This document shows, in pieces, positions 1 to 8,992 of a stretch of 64,000 nt of DNA. This DNA is from a virus. Both the position numbers and the translations under genes were made by a program. Numbering within the stretch: position 1 is the first letter of the stretch; the number at the start of each line of letters is the position of its first letter. The stretch covers positions 1 to 64,000 of IMG/VR virus record IMGVR_UViG_3300015371_000007. One strand, written 5' to 3'. The notes beneath the pieces are model-generated. The model did not search any database. It saw nothing but the letters and a program-made list of their open reading frames with translations, and was not told where the DNA came from.

Positions 1-431
1 CCACCGGTCCGCAAGGCGGCACTGGCACGACGGGGCCACAGGGACCTGCCGGGCCGCCGGGACCGACCGGTCCGCCCGGCCCAGTCGAAGCCGTCGAGTG
101 GCAGCAGGTCTCGCTCTCGGGTGATGTGCCCCTGCCGAGCATGGTCTACACGCCGCTGACCCTGGCAATCGGCGGGGGGGCGTATCTCGTCATGGGGCGC
201 GCCGTGCTGCGGAACGAGGTCCGGACGGACTTCACGCTGACGCTTGACATCGGCGACTCGCGGTGCGCGACGGGCTACGCGTCATCGATGGGTGACGGCT
301 ACGTCACGCTGCAGCTCGTGACCGTGGTCGCTGCCGCAGGTACGTTGACGTTGACGGTCATGGCCTCTGAACCCGGCGCCGTGCTCTTCGCTGGAGCCGG
401 AACCCAACTGCAAGCCATCCAGCTCCACTGA
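1..431 (+). CDS. Collagen-like (Gly-X-Y) protein, 5'-truncated by window edge; probable fibre/appendage protein
   Basis: The frame from nt 3 reads TGPQGGTGTTGPQGPAGPPGPTGPPGP and continues in frame into the 126..431 ORF (beta-rich C-terminal domain). Confidence 0.8.
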   Translation, partial: TGPQGGTGTTGPQGPAGPPGPTGPPGPVEAVEWQQVSLSGDVPLPSMVYTPLTLAIGGGAYLVMGRAVLRNEVRTDFTLTLDIGDSRCATGYASSMGDGYVTLQLVTVVAAAGTLTLTVMASEPGAVLFAGAGTQLQAIQLH

Positions 432-601
432 TGTCGAAGAAGGTCCGCCCCACCTCGCGCGCCGAGTCGCACCTCCAGAACCGCTTTCGCCACCCGCACG
501 ACACGTGGGTGAACCACGACCAAGCCGTACGGATCGCGAAGCGCCGGTGGAAGCGGAAGCGCAGCAAGCTGCTCCGCCGCACGCCCATCAAGGAGGATTG
601 A
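431..601 (+). CDS. Small basic hypothetical protein (56 aa, MSKKVRPTSRAESHLQ...)
   Basis: ATG overlaps the upstream TGA (TGATG coupling); below the ORF-track size cutoff. Confidence 0.55.
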   Translation: MSKKVRPTSRAESHLQNRFRHPHDTWVNHDQAVRIAKRRWKRKRSKLLRRTPIKED

Positions 602-632
602 GATTATGAACAGCGGCGATGAGTAGCCCGGC

Positions 633-911
633 ATGAAGCATTTCGCGTCCGTCATCGTCGACAGCGATGGCACCACGCTCACGCTCACCATCCGGTGTCA
701 GCAGTGCGGCGAGTCCGTCTTCAAAACCGCCGTCGCGCACCTCGAAACCCTGGCGCGCATTCTGCCGCGCATCGCGCAGGAGCAGGGCATCGACTTGGAC
801 GTCGCCAAGACCGAGACCTTCGTGTTCCAGGCGGAGACGCGCGCGGAGGCGCAGGCCAAGGCCGACGAGATGCTGGTCGAGTTCATCCGGCGGCGGACGC
901 AAGGTAAGTGA
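633..911 (+). CDS. Hypothetical protein with CxxC
   Basis: 92-aa ORF with coding-like GC3, coupled to the next gene. Confidence 0.65.
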   Translation: MKHFASVIVDSDGTTLTLTIRCQQCGESVFKTAVAHLETLARILPRIAQEQGIDLDVAKTETFVFQAETRAEAQAKADEMLVEFIRRRTQGK

Positions 912-1144
912 CCCGGCCGTCGTGTCGTCGGCACGTCGGGTTGATCCGCCTGCTGCGGATGATCCGACTCCTCGAAGCGAGGCCGCGGACGGTGGCGAAG
1001 TTGGCGCAGTACTTCGGCGTGACCCGGCGCACGATCTGGCGCGACTTCGACGTGATCGAAGCGGCGCGCCTCACCATCGAAACGGATAGGCGCGCGCCGG
1101 GCGCGCCGTCGAGATACCGAATCAAACCCCGTCATGGCAAGTAG
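908..1144 (+). CDS. Stand-alone winged HTH (HTH_11 / WYL-regulator N-terminal-like) DNA-binding protein
   Basis: RTVAKLAQYFGVTRRTIWRDFDVIE motif; no WYL domain follows. Confidence 0.7.
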   Translation: MTRPSCRRHVGLIRLLRMIRLLEARPRTVAKLAQYFGVTRRTIWRDFDVIEAARLTIETDRRAPGAPSRYRIKPRHGK

Positions 1145-1541
1145 GCAGTTCGAGCACCTTCAGGAGCAATCGCTGGCGCGCCTGCGCGCGCTCGTGCCGG
1201 CCGGCTGTCCGCTGCGCGTGCTGCGCGAGCCCCGCGGCGGCTTCCGCGTCGCGACCACCGACCGGCACGCCGGCACCCACGGCCGCTTCCAGATCGTCGC
1301 GACGTGGATCGACGGCTACGTGGCGGCGTGGAAGTGCAGCCTCTGGAACGCCAACGCCGCGTATGGCGCGCTCATCACCGCGCGCGTTCGTCCGCCCGAC
1401 CGTGCGGCCATTCGCAGTATCCAGGCCTTCATCGCCGCCGCCGCCGCGTGCACCTGTCGCACGGCGAGCTGCGGCCACCGCGCCGACGAGCACGGGCCCA
1501 ACGGCGTGTGCGTGATCTGCGGGAAGGCGTGCTGGTCGTGA
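1134..1541 (+). CDS. Hypothetical protein with C-terminal Cys/His cluster
   Basis: CTCRTASCGHRADEHGPNGVCVICGKAC. Confidence 0.55.
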   Translation: MASRQFEHLQEQSLARLRALVPAGCPLRVLREPRGGFRVATTDRHAGTHGRFQIVATWIDGYVAAWKCSLWNANAAYGALITARVRPPDRAAIRSIQAFIAAAAACTCRTASCGHRADEHGPNGVCVICGKACWS

Positions 1542-1825
1542 AGACCTATGGATTGGAGTTTGTCGACCCCGAGACGGGCCAGTTCTTGGGCGTCTGCGTG
1601 ATCGACGTGACGGTTGAGCAAGCCGCCGACGAGTTGCCGTCGCTGCCGCCACAAGCCATGCCTGGGGCCGAGTGGCTGTCGGCCGCGGTGCGTCGCGCGT
1701 GGGTCGTCGGCGCCAACCCCGGCGGGCAGGTCCGGATCGGTGAAGTGGACCCGATCCTCGCCGCGCAGCTGCCGCGCAATCGGCTGATGCTGGAGCCGGA
1801 ACTCGCCGAGCGCGGGCTCATCTGA
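1538..1825 (+). CDS. Hypothetical protein
   Basis: GTG start overlaps the previous stop; C-terminal part of track ORF 1304..1825. Confidence 0.6.
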   Translation: MKTYGLEFVDPETGQFLGVCVIDVTVEQAADELPSLPPQAMPGAEWLSAAVRRAWVVGANPGGQVRIGEVDPILAAQLPRNRLMLEPELAERGLI

Positions 1826-1826
1826 G

Positions 1827-2096
1827 CTAGGGCTCTTCGTCGCGCAGCTGCTCGCGTGTGAGCCGCTCCACCACGACACACGTGTGCCGGACGATTTCCC
1901 GCCACCGCCCGTCGTCGTCGAGCAGGAGCGGCAGGAAGCCGAGCGCGTAGCCGTCGCCGACCGGCAACATGCCGTCGTAGAGCACCGCGATTGAGCGGCC
2001 GTTCTCGGACGCGAGGCCGACGAACGCGCGCTTGGTGATGCCGGCGCTCGTGATGCGGACGAAGTCGCCGCGCCGCAGCGGACGGTCCTCGGTCAT
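1827..2096 (-). CDS. Hypothetical protein (MTEDRPLRRGDFVRIT...)
   Basis: GGGAGG RBS before ATG at 2096; downstream of the repressor gene on the same strand. Confidence 0.6.
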   Translation of the reverse strand: MTEDRPLRRGDFVRITSAGITKRAFVGLASENGRSIAVLYDGMLPVGDGYALGFLPLLLDDDGRWREIVRHTCVVVERLTREQLRDEEP

Positions 2097-2256
2097 GCCT
2101 CCCGCCGATCGCGCAATTGCGCGCAGAGCCCGCGGAGCTTTCGATTGATGTGGACGCGCAGCAGCAAGTCCGCGCGCGTCGCCGTCGCCACGTGCGCGCG
2201 ATGGAGCGCGCCCCACACGCACTTGTCGGTCTCCGGGCGGTACCAGCACGGCATGT

Positions 2257-2730
2257 TTAGATAGGAGCGCGCTGACGGCGCGGCGCGCGTCGACGTGGTG
2301 AAGAGGACGCACGATTCACAGAATCGGCGGCGATCGCGTCGAGGTACGCGATCAGGAGGGCGCGTTCGACGTCGGTCGCTCTTCGCCATCGCTTCAAGTA
2401 CTCCTGCTCCATCAGCGACAATTCAAACTCCTTCCCTTGCAGCAACGGCTCCGCCAGGCGGGCCCAATCCTTATTCACGAGTTTGAAGATCGAGAGGAGA
2501 TTTCCGCCAGTCATCGCTGCGAGTCGGAAGCACTGCGGCATGGTGAGTTTTCCGTCCTTGAGGGCGCGGCTAAACGCGGACGACGCCATCCCGAGCTGCT
2601 TCGCGATGTCTTGGTCCTTCACGCCTCTTAACGTGGTGTTACTCGCACGGCTCTTCGCGTCAAGAAGGTCTCGAATGTATTTCGCGAGAGGTGTTTGAGA
2701 TTTACGCACGGGCTTTGGCTCTCCTTTCAT
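2257..2730 (-). CDS. CI-like XRE-family HTH repressor
   Basis: HTH KDQDIAKQLGMASSAFSRALKDG; divergent from a Cro-like gene. Confidence 0.75.
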   Translation of the reverse strand: MKGEPKPVRKSQTPLAKYIRDLLDAKSRASNTTLRGVKDQDIAKQLGMASSAFSRALKDGKLTMPQCFRLAAMTGGNLLSIFKLVNKDWARLAEPLLQGKEFELSLMEQEYLKRWRRATDVERALLIAYLDAIAADSVNRASSSPRRRAPRRQRAPI

Positions 2731-2903
2731 GGGGGGAGTCGCTCGACGCCCGCGATTATATAACGCACAGAATACGTAGAAAACGTAAATGACGCGGAAA
2801 CGGTTGGAGTTGAGATCCTGTCAACTTTAGTTGGCGAATCCGCAAAAGAGGCGTAGCGTGTCGGACCGTGAAGCGCGGAAGACGCGGGCGAGGCGTCGTG
2901 CAA
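2731..2903. promoter_or_regulatory. cI/cro divergent control region
   Basis: AT-rich gap; leftward TATAAT (2755-2760 revcomp); rightward TTGGCG-N17-TAGCGT; GTCAACTTTA half-site shared with 23448-23457. Confidence 0.6.
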
Positions 2904-3131
2904 ATGCCCCAAAAGAAGAAAACGCTCATCTCCGAGCTGGAAGCGGTCCGGATGGACAACGACTGGACCTACGAGCAGGTCGCCGACGCCATCAAGAAGG
3001 CGACCGGCCACCGCCGGAACCCGGACTGCTGGCGGAAGCTCTGCACGGGGGAGACCAAGAGCCCCCATTCCCGGACGCTCTACCTCCTTGACGCCTTCCT
3101 GGCGACCGTGAACCGCCGGAGGACGGCGTGA
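2904..3131 (+). CDS. Cro-like HTH regulator
   Basis: ELEAVRMDNDWTYEQVADAI...WRKLCTGETKSPHSRTL, XRE-like; first gene of the rightward operon. Confidence 0.7.
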   Translation: MPQKKKTLISELEAVRMDNDWTYEQVADAIKKATGHRRNPDCWRKLCTGETKSPHSRTLYLLDAFLATVNRRRTA

Positions 3132-3337
3132 CACCCCTCTACGTGGCGCTGCTCGGCGTCAGTCTCTTTGCCGTGCTGCGCGTGCTGGCGTGGCGCAAGG
3201 TGCACCGCCAGCGCACCGACGCCACGTTGGTCATCCATCCGCCCCGCCGGTTCGTCGATGCCGACGGCCGGTCCGACTTTCGTCCCGAGCTGCGCGAGGC
3301 CACCGAGGCGCGTCGCGCGAAGGAGTCGCGCGCATGA
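3128..3337 (+). CDS. Small membrane protein
   Basis: N-terminal hydrophobic helix LYVALLGVSLFAVLRVLAW; coupled start/stop. Confidence 0.6.
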   Translation: MTPLYVALLGVSLFAVLRVLAWRKVHRQRTDATLVIHPPRRFVDADGRSDFRPELREATEARRAKESRA

Positions 3338-4323
3338 CGGTCGGGCTGTCGGCGATTCGCGTGGATGACGACATGCAGGTCCGCGCCGGGATCAACCAGC
3401 AGGTTGTCGAGGAGTATGCCGCGAAGTTACGCGCGGGTGCCAAGTTCCCGCCCATCGTGGTCTTCGCCGACGCGCTGGGGTTCTACATCGCGGACGGCAA
3501 CCATCGCTACCGCGCACACGACCTGGCCGGCCGCACCACCATTGAGGTGGAGCTGCGGCAGGGGACCAAGGCCGACGCGTTGTGGTATGCGCTCGGCGCC
3601 AACAAGGCCCACGGGCTGCAGCTGTCGAAGCAGGATAAACGGCACGCGGTGCTTCGGGCCTTTGCCTCGTTCCCTGACCGTGGCGCCGCGGAGATTGCCG
3701 ACCACGTCGGCTGCAGCGCGCAGTGGGCGTGCATCGTGCGGCGGGGGACGGAAACCCCTAGCGATCGGATCGTCACCCGCGCCGGCCAGGTGCGGATCGC
3801 GTCCAAGCGCGCGGCGATTGAGGCGCACCAACAGATCGAGGTGTTGCTGAAGGACGGCGTGCCCAGCGTCGACATCGTGCGTCGATTGCGCGTCGGGCCG
3901 GATCTGGTGTCGTCGATCAAGCGCCGGTTGAATCTCGGCCGCGACCAGTCGCGCGAGGCCATCGAAGCACGGCGCGCCCGCATCCGTGAGATGGCCGCAG
4001 GCCAATACACCTCGCAACAGATCGCCGACGCGGTGGGCCTGACCGACATTCATGTGCGCGAGGTCGCCCGCCGATTCGGCATCGACATCTCGGCCGATCG
4101 CGCAATGGGCAAGATGTTCCGCCACGATGCCAACCGCATCGTCTCGCGCATCGTGCTCGACGCAGAGAACCTCCTCGAAGGCCTCGGCCTCATCGAGTAC
4201 CGCGATCTGGAGCGGGCGCAGATCCCGGCCTGGCTCACGTCGCTGAAAAAGTGCCGCGAGCAACTCTCGACGTTCATTCGTCGCCTGGGGGAGGAGCAGT
4301 CACACAATGGCGAAGCTGCCTAA
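3334..4323 (+). CDS. ParB/Srx N-terminal domain protein with C-terminal HTH motifs
   Basis: FPPIVVF...YIADGNHRYRA ParB motif, ANKAHGLQLS, repeated HTH-like segments; AAGGAG RBS. Confidence 0.8.
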   Translation: MTVGLSAIRVDDDMQVRAGINQQVVEEYAAKLRAGAKFPPIVVFADALGFYIADGNHRYRAHDLAGRTTIEVELRQGTKADALWYALGANKAHGLQLSKQDKRHAVLRAFASFPDRGAAEIADHVGCSAQWACIVRRGTETPSDRIVTRAGQVRIASKRAAIEAHQQIEVLLKDGVPSVDIVRRLRVGPDLVSSIKRRLNLGRDQSREAIEARRARIREMAAGQYTSQQIADAVGLTDIHVREVARRFGIDISADRAMGKMFRHDANRIVSRIVLDAENLLEGLGLIEYRDLERAQIPAWLTSLKKCREQLSTFIRRLGEEQSHNGEAA

Positions 4324-5152
4324 CAGTCGCAAGCCGTCCAAGATCCGTCCGGTGTCCATCGCGCAGATGAAGGTGCCGACCGCGCTGGTGACGCAGCGGG
4401 AGTTTCGCAAGGCGCACGGCGATAACATCGCCGCCGATCTGGACCTGAACAAGATCGGCTACCCCATCATGAACCATCGCGACGGCATCTTTTGGGTGCT
4501 CGACGGCCAGCACCGCATCTATGCGCTCAAGCAGAACGGCTTCGAGCACGACAACGTCGATTGCGAGGTCTACGAAGACCTGACCGATGCGGAGATGGCC
4601 GACATCTTTCTCGGCCGGGACCGGCGGAAGCAGATTGCGACGTACGACAAGTTCCACGTGTCGTGCACCGCGGGCTACAAGCGCGAGCTGGACATCCTGC
4701 GCGCGATTGAAAGCAACGGCCAGCGCGTGAGCCGAGAGCGGGGCGAAGGCATCACGGCGGTCGGCGCGCTGGGCGGGGTCTACGACCGCTCGGGCGACGT
4801 CGTCGTCGGCCAGGTGATTCGCACGATCAATCTCGGCTTCAGCGGCGATAGCGATGCCTTCGACCGCGCCATCATCGAAGGCCTGGGACTCGTCTTCAAC
4901 CGCTACAACGGGCGGACGAACGAGAAGGTCCTCGGGCAACGGCTCGGCCAGCTGCGGCACGGCGCGCGCGAGCTGCTCCGCAAGGCAGAGAGCATCCGCG
5001 AGCGCACCGGCAATCAGAAGAAGCACTGTGTCGCCGCCGCCGTGGTCGACATCTACAACAAGGGCGAGGGCGCGCACGGGAAGGGCCGTCTGCCGGCGTG
5101 GTGGAAGGAAGGCATCGGCAACGCGAAGACGCGGTCAGAGGTGGACGCATGA
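4307..5152 (+). CDS. Second ParB-like (DUF6551-like) protein
   Basis: FWVLDGQHRIYAL motif followed by LTDAEMADIF. Confidence 0.7.
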   Translation: MAKLPNSRKPSKIRPVSIAQMKVPTALVTQREFRKAHGDNIAADLDLNKIGYPIMNHRDGIFWVLDGQHRIYALKQNGFEHDNVDCEVYEDLTDAEMADIFLGRDRRKQIATYDKFHVSCTAGYKRELDILRAIESNGQRVSRERGEGITAVGALGGVYDRSGDVVVGQVIRTINLGFSGDSDAFDRAIIEGLGLVFNRYNGRTNEKVLGQRLGQLRHGARELLRKAESIRERTGNQKKHCVAAAVVDIYNKGEGAHGKGRLPAWWKEGIGNAKTRSEVDA

Positions 5153-5403
5153 CGCTCCTCGCGCAAGCGGCCATCGGCCTGGTCCTCGTGATCGTAGCCG
5201 TGGCGTTCATCGCCGCCCTGCTGGCGCACGGCGCGTCCCCGGCCCGCTGTCAGTCGTGTGGTCTCGATCTGACGGACCGGCACCTGTCGTCGGAATACTG
5301 CCTGCTGTGTCTCGCCGAGCGGGCGCGGGAGGCCGAGCGGCTCAAGATCCGGAATGACGTGCGCGCGTACGTCCAGCGGAGGCAAAAAAAGACCGGGACG
5401 TAG
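5149..5403 (+). CDS. Membrane-anchored Zn-ribbon protein
   Basis: TM helix, then CQSC...CLLC. Confidence 0.55.
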   Translation: MTLLAQAAIGLVLVIVAVAFIAALLAHGASPARCQSCGLDLTDRHLSSEYCLLCLAERAREAERLKIRNDVRAYVQRRQKKTGT

Positions 5404-5464
5404 GCAGCGTCCCGGTCCCACCCTCGCGGGTGCATTGGCGCGGCAGAGGTGACAAGTCGGCCGC
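5384..5464 (-). ncRNA. Predicted ~80-nt antisense small RNA
   Basis: Minus-strand promoter TTGCTG(5500-5495)-N18-TAGACT(5476-5471) with extended -10 TG; intrinsic terminator with a perfect 10-bp stem (5391-5400/5408-5417) and U7. Confidence 0.6.
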
Positions 5465-5565
5465 GCGGAGAGTCTAGCAAACCTCGGGTTTCGGCAGCAA
5501 ACCAGTTTCCCGTGGCGCGGGCCCGTCGAGGGGGTCTCAGGCCACGTCTGCCTAAAGGAGTGCGT

Positions 5566-6225
5566 GTGGCGAACGAGAAAGCCCCGAATCCGCCGAACGT
5601 CTACCAGTGCATCTTGAAGGTGTGCGCCGACCTGGCGCAGACCGGCATCGGGAAGGACCGGCGGAACGAGCAGCAGAACTACAAGTTCCGCGGCATCGAC
5701 GACGTTTACAACGCGCTGGCGCCGGTGCTCGCCAAGCACGGGTTGGTGATCCTCCCGCGCATCGTCAGCCGCGAGGTGGCCGAGCGCGTGACGCAGAAGG
5801 GCGGGACGCTCTTTTACGTCACGCTCTGCGCGGAGTTCGACTTCGTCTCGGCGCACGACGGCAGTCAGGTCACGGTGCGGACCTACGGCGAAGCGATGGA
5901 CAGCGGCGACAAGGCGACGAATAAGGCCATGTCGGCTTGCTACAAGTACGCGGCGCTGATGACCTTCGCGATCCCGACCGAGGGCGACCACGACACGGAG
6001 AACGCGACGCCGGAACCGACCGTCGAGAAGGCGCCGGCCGGCTTCGATGACTGGTTCGCCGACGTCCTCGCGACCGCCGACACCGGCCTGGAGCCGCTGA
6101 AGGCGGCGTGGACCGCCAGCAAGAAGGGCTACCGCGAGTACGTGCAGAAGTATCGCGCCGCTGAGTGGGACCGGGCGAAGAAGCGCGCGATCGCGATTGA
6201 CCAGACGAAGCCGCAGCCGGTCTAG
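5566..6225 (+). CDS. erf: ERF-family single-strand annealing protein
   Basis: IGKDRRNEQQNYKFRGIDDVYNAL and GEAMDSGDKATNKAMSACYKYA motifs; AAGGAG RBS. Confidence 0.9.
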   Translation: MANEKAPNPPNVYQCILKVCADLAQTGIGKDRRNEQQNYKFRGIDDVYNALAPVLAKHGLVILPRIVSREVAERVTQKGGTLFYVTLCAEFDFVSAHDGSQVTVRTYGEAMDSGDKATNKAMSACYKYAALMTFAIPTEGDHDTENATPEPTVEKAPAGFDDWFADVLATADTGLEPLKAAWTASKKGYREYVQKYRAAEWDRAKKRAIAIDQTKPQPV

Positions 6226-6227
6226 CC

Positions 6228-6893
6228 ATGCGGGCCTTCACCGTCGACTACTGCGAGCAACGCTCACCCGAGTGGTTCGCCGCCCATGCCGGGCTGCTGT
6301 CGGCCTCGGACGCGGCGGCGATGATGTCTCGGCTGAAGCGCAGCGGTGAAGAACCTGTCGGGAAGACCGAGCTGCGGCTCCGCCTGGCGCTCGAAACGAT
6401 CCGCGGCGTGGCGCTGGCGGAGGACGGCTACGACAACCACTGGATGCGGCGCGGCCGCGAGCTGGAAGCGGCCGGCGTCGCCTCCTACGAGGCGATCACC
6501 GGCGAGATCGTGCAGACGGTCGGGTTCCTGCGCAGCACGACGCTGCCGATTGGCTGCAGCCCGGACGGGATCATCGGGGACTTCGAGGGCGGGCTGGAGC
6601 TGAAGTGCCCGAAGTTCACGACGCATTGGGAGTACCTGAGTGGGAACCGCCTGCCGCCGGAATACCAGTGGCAGGTCGTGCATTCGCTGTTCGTCAGCGG
6701 CTTGCCGTTTTGGGACTTCTGCTCCTACTGCCCGGAGTTCGAGGGGGACGCGCAGCTGTTTCGCTTCCGCGTGTGGCGCGACAGCGTTGACCTCGACGCC
6801 TACGCCCTGGCGTTCGCGCTGTTCTGGACCGAGGTGGCGGCGTTGACGGAGACGCTGCGCGCGCGCAGCGGGATGGAGGTGGCTCATGCCTGA
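6228..6893 (+). CDS. YqaJ / lambda-exonuclease family recombination nuclease
   Basis: QRSPEWF..., MRRGRELE, GCSPDG, GLELKCP, YQWQV motifs. Confidence 0.9.
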   Translation: MRAFTVDYCEQRSPEWFAAHAGLLSASDAAAMMSRLKRSGEEPVGKTELRLRLALETIRGVALAEDGYDNHWMRRGRELEAAGVASYEAITGEIVQTVGFLRSTTLPIGCSPDGIIGDFEGGLELKCPKFTTHWEYLSGNRLPPEYQWQVVHSLFVSGLPFWDFCSYCPEFEGDAQLFRFRVWRDSVDLDAYALAFALFWTEVAALTETLRARSGMEVAHA

Positions 6894-7215
6894 CCCGAAC
6901 GAGGTCGGTGCGATCTGGAAGCAGTCGAATGAACGCGGCACGCAGTGGTTGCGCGTGAAGGTAAATCTCGAGCGGCTGCTGGAGCTGACCGGCGGCGCGG
7001 TGGGCCCGGTCACGCTCGTGGCGTTCAGCCGGACGAAGACGAAGGACGAACAGCCGGACTACGACCTGCTGCTGTCGAATCGCCGGCATCAACAGGTAGT
7101 CGCGCCGGAACCCGAGGCGGACGTGCGGCCGAACACGCCCAGCGAGACGGACACCGAGTGGGACGCCGTGCCGGGCACGATGTCTGAGGCGCGCCGAAGG
7201 GCGCACGAACGCTGA
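6886..7215 (+). CDS. Putative ssDNA-binding (DUF736-like) protein
   Basis: EVGAIWK...QPDYDL with an acidic tail; follows ERF and exonuclease genes. Confidence 0.55.
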   Translation: MPDPNEVGAIWKQSNERGTQWLRVKVNLERLLELTGGAVGPVTLVAFSRTKTKDEQPDYDLLLSNRRHQQVVAPEPEADVRPNTPSETDTEWDAVPGTMSEARRRAHER

Positions 7216-7238
7216 CTCGCGCCGAGTGCCGCGCCGCG

Positions 7239-7484
7239 GTGATCGCGCGCGCGTGCGGCCGGTGCGAGCGGTGTGGTGGGCCCGCGCGCGACGACCTGCC
7301 CGAGTGGCATCCGCGTCGAGCGGCGGTGAACGAGCTGGTGCCGCGGTCGAAGGGCGGCGACCCGACCGATCCGACGAACTGCGAGTTGCTCTGCCAGGAC
7401 TGTCACATGCCGGGCGGGCAGCACGCGCCAACACAGACACGGATGGAACGGCTGCGCCGCGGGCGCAGCACGGAGTGGCCCTAA
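7239..7484 (+). CDS. HNH endonuclease-like protein (start may be ~7212)
   Basis: CERCG...NELVPRSKGGDPTDPTNCELLCQDCH. Confidence 0.7.
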   Translation: MIARACGRCERCGGPARDDLPEWHPRRAAVNELVPRSKGGDPTDPTNCELLCQDCHMPGGQHAPTQTRMERLRRGRSTEWP

Positions 7485-8071
7485 TGAGCGAAGCGAACGA
7501 GATTGCGAAACTTCCCGACGAGACAGAGGTCGCGCGGCCCCTGCGGCTCCTGATTCCCCTCATTCAGGAGGATCTGGAGCACGCGCGCGATGCGGCCGAC
7601 CGCGCCGGAATGCCGTACTACCGCGCGGCCGGTGAAAAGCTCCTCGAAGCCAAGGCGCAGATGGAGCACGGCGCGTTCCAGCCGTGGGTGACGCGTCACT
7701 TCAAGATTCGCCATGCGCAGGCGCGGGTGTACATGGCGCTGGCGAAGGAAAACGCTGCCGCGGCGGCGTTTTCGAGTCTGAGCGATTTTCAACGGCAAAA
7801 GGGGCATCGCTCGGCCGATTACCACAAGTCGCCCGAGTGGCACGCGCCGGTCAAGCAGATCGTGGGCCGTGTCGATACCGACAAGCTCAACCTCAAACGC
7901 GAAGAGCTGAAACGCGCGGATGAGCGCGAGGCGCAGCGGACCCTCGGGCGGCAGCTGATCGACATCGGCTACAAGGTGCTCGCGCGCAAGCTGCATCCAG
8001 ACCGCGGCGGCTCGCGGGAGGCGATGGCCCGGCTCAACGCGGTTCGCGACCGACTGAAGCTGCACGCGTAA
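7484..8071 (+). CDS. DUF3102-like protein with C-terminal J-domain-like segment
   Basis: AGEKLLEAKAQMEHGAFQPWV (DUF3102-like) and YKVLARKLHPDRGGSREAMARLN (HPD motif). Confidence 0.75.
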   Translation: MSEANEIAKLPDETEVARPLRLLIPLIQEDLEHARDAADRAGMPYYRAAGEKLLEAKAQMEHGAFQPWVTRHFKIRHAQARVYMALAKENAAAAAFSSLSDFQRQKGHRSADYHKSPEWHAPVKQIVGRVDTDKLNLKREELKRADEREAQRTLGRQLIDIGYKVLARKLHPDRGGSREAMARLNAVRDRLKLHA

Positions 8072-8088
8072 ATCAAAAGGAGCGAGCG

Positions 8089-8571
8089 ATGGATGACGAG
8101 AACGTCGTCGGCGAGGAACTCGTATTAACGCCACCCGACAACGACGTCGAGGTATCGCGGCGGCAGAACCAGGCGACCCTCGTGCAGGTCGGCACCCGCT
8201 GGGTGACGTCGGACGGGCGATTCCACCCGGATCTCGCCGCCAAGTACGTGCTCGATCACGCGCGCGTGCAATGGGTGTCGGTCGCTACCCTCGCGAAGGT
8301 GTTTGGCGGCGGCAACACCAAGGAGGGCAAGCGCAAGGTCCGCCGGAATATGTCGATGGTGTTCACCCTCCTCCTGAATCACGGCGAGTTCCTGCTCTAC
8401 GACGTCGCGTCCAAGGGTCGCATCGAGGCCGTCAAGCTGCTGGATGCGAAGTCGGACCACGAGCGCCGCGCGGCGGTCCCGCAACTCGACCGCATGAAGC
8501 AACGCCACCAGATCACCGTCGACAAGTACCAGAAGGCGCTCGACGTGATCCATTTTCAAGATGCCGTGTGA
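8089..8571 (+). CDS. Hypothetical protein
   Basis: AAGGAG RBS; 160-aa ORF. Confidence 0.65.
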   Translation: MDDENVVGEELVLTPPDNDVEVSRRQNQATLVQVGTRWVTSDGRFHPDLAAKYVLDHARVQWVSVATLAKVFGGGNTKEGKRKVRRNMSMVFTLLLNHGEFLLYDVASKGRIEAVKLLDAKSDHERRAAVPQLDRMKQRHQITVDKYQKALDVIHFQDAV

Positions 8572-8583
8572 GGCACGAGCGCT

Positions 8584-8877
8584 ATGGAAATCAACCTGAC
8601 CAAAGACAGCGTCGTCGACAACCGCACCGGCGAGGTGAGCGCGCCGAGCGAGTACGTCGAGAATCTCCGCCTCCTCGAAGTCACGATCACGCGCGCGGAT
8701 GAGGCGATCCTCGAAGCCAAGGCGGATCTGAAGACGGCCCGCGACGACCGCGAGAAGGCGGTCGCGCAGCTCCGGGCGGCGGTGCGCGAAGGCGCCGTCT
8801 TGCCGCTGCTCGAAATCCCGGACGACGACGATGACGACACCGCGAATTGGGACGGCCACAACGACACCGGCGAGTGA
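8584..8877 (+). CDS. Hypothetical coiled-coil acidic protein
   Basis: 97-aa ORF within the operon. Confidence 0.65.
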   Translation: MEINLTKDSVVDNRTGEVSAPSEYVENLRLLEVTITRADEAILEAKADLKTARDDREKAVAQLRAAVREGAVLPLLEIPDDDDDDTANWDGHNDTGE

Positions 8878-8881
8878 CGTC

Positions 8882-8992
8882 GTGAAGTTGCAACGCCTGT
8901 GGGTCTGCATCAAGTGCCGCATCTCGCAGCGGGCGTCGAAGCGCCCGAAGTGTCCCGGCTGCAACGCGCGGATGGTCGAGGCCAGGGCGTGA
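8882..8992 (+). CDS. Tiny Zn-ribbon protein (MKLQRLWVCIKC...KCPGCNARM)
   Basis: Two CxxC pairs; stop overlaps the next GTG. Confidence 0.5.
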   Translation: MKLQRLWVCIKCRISQRASKRPKCPGCNARMVEARA

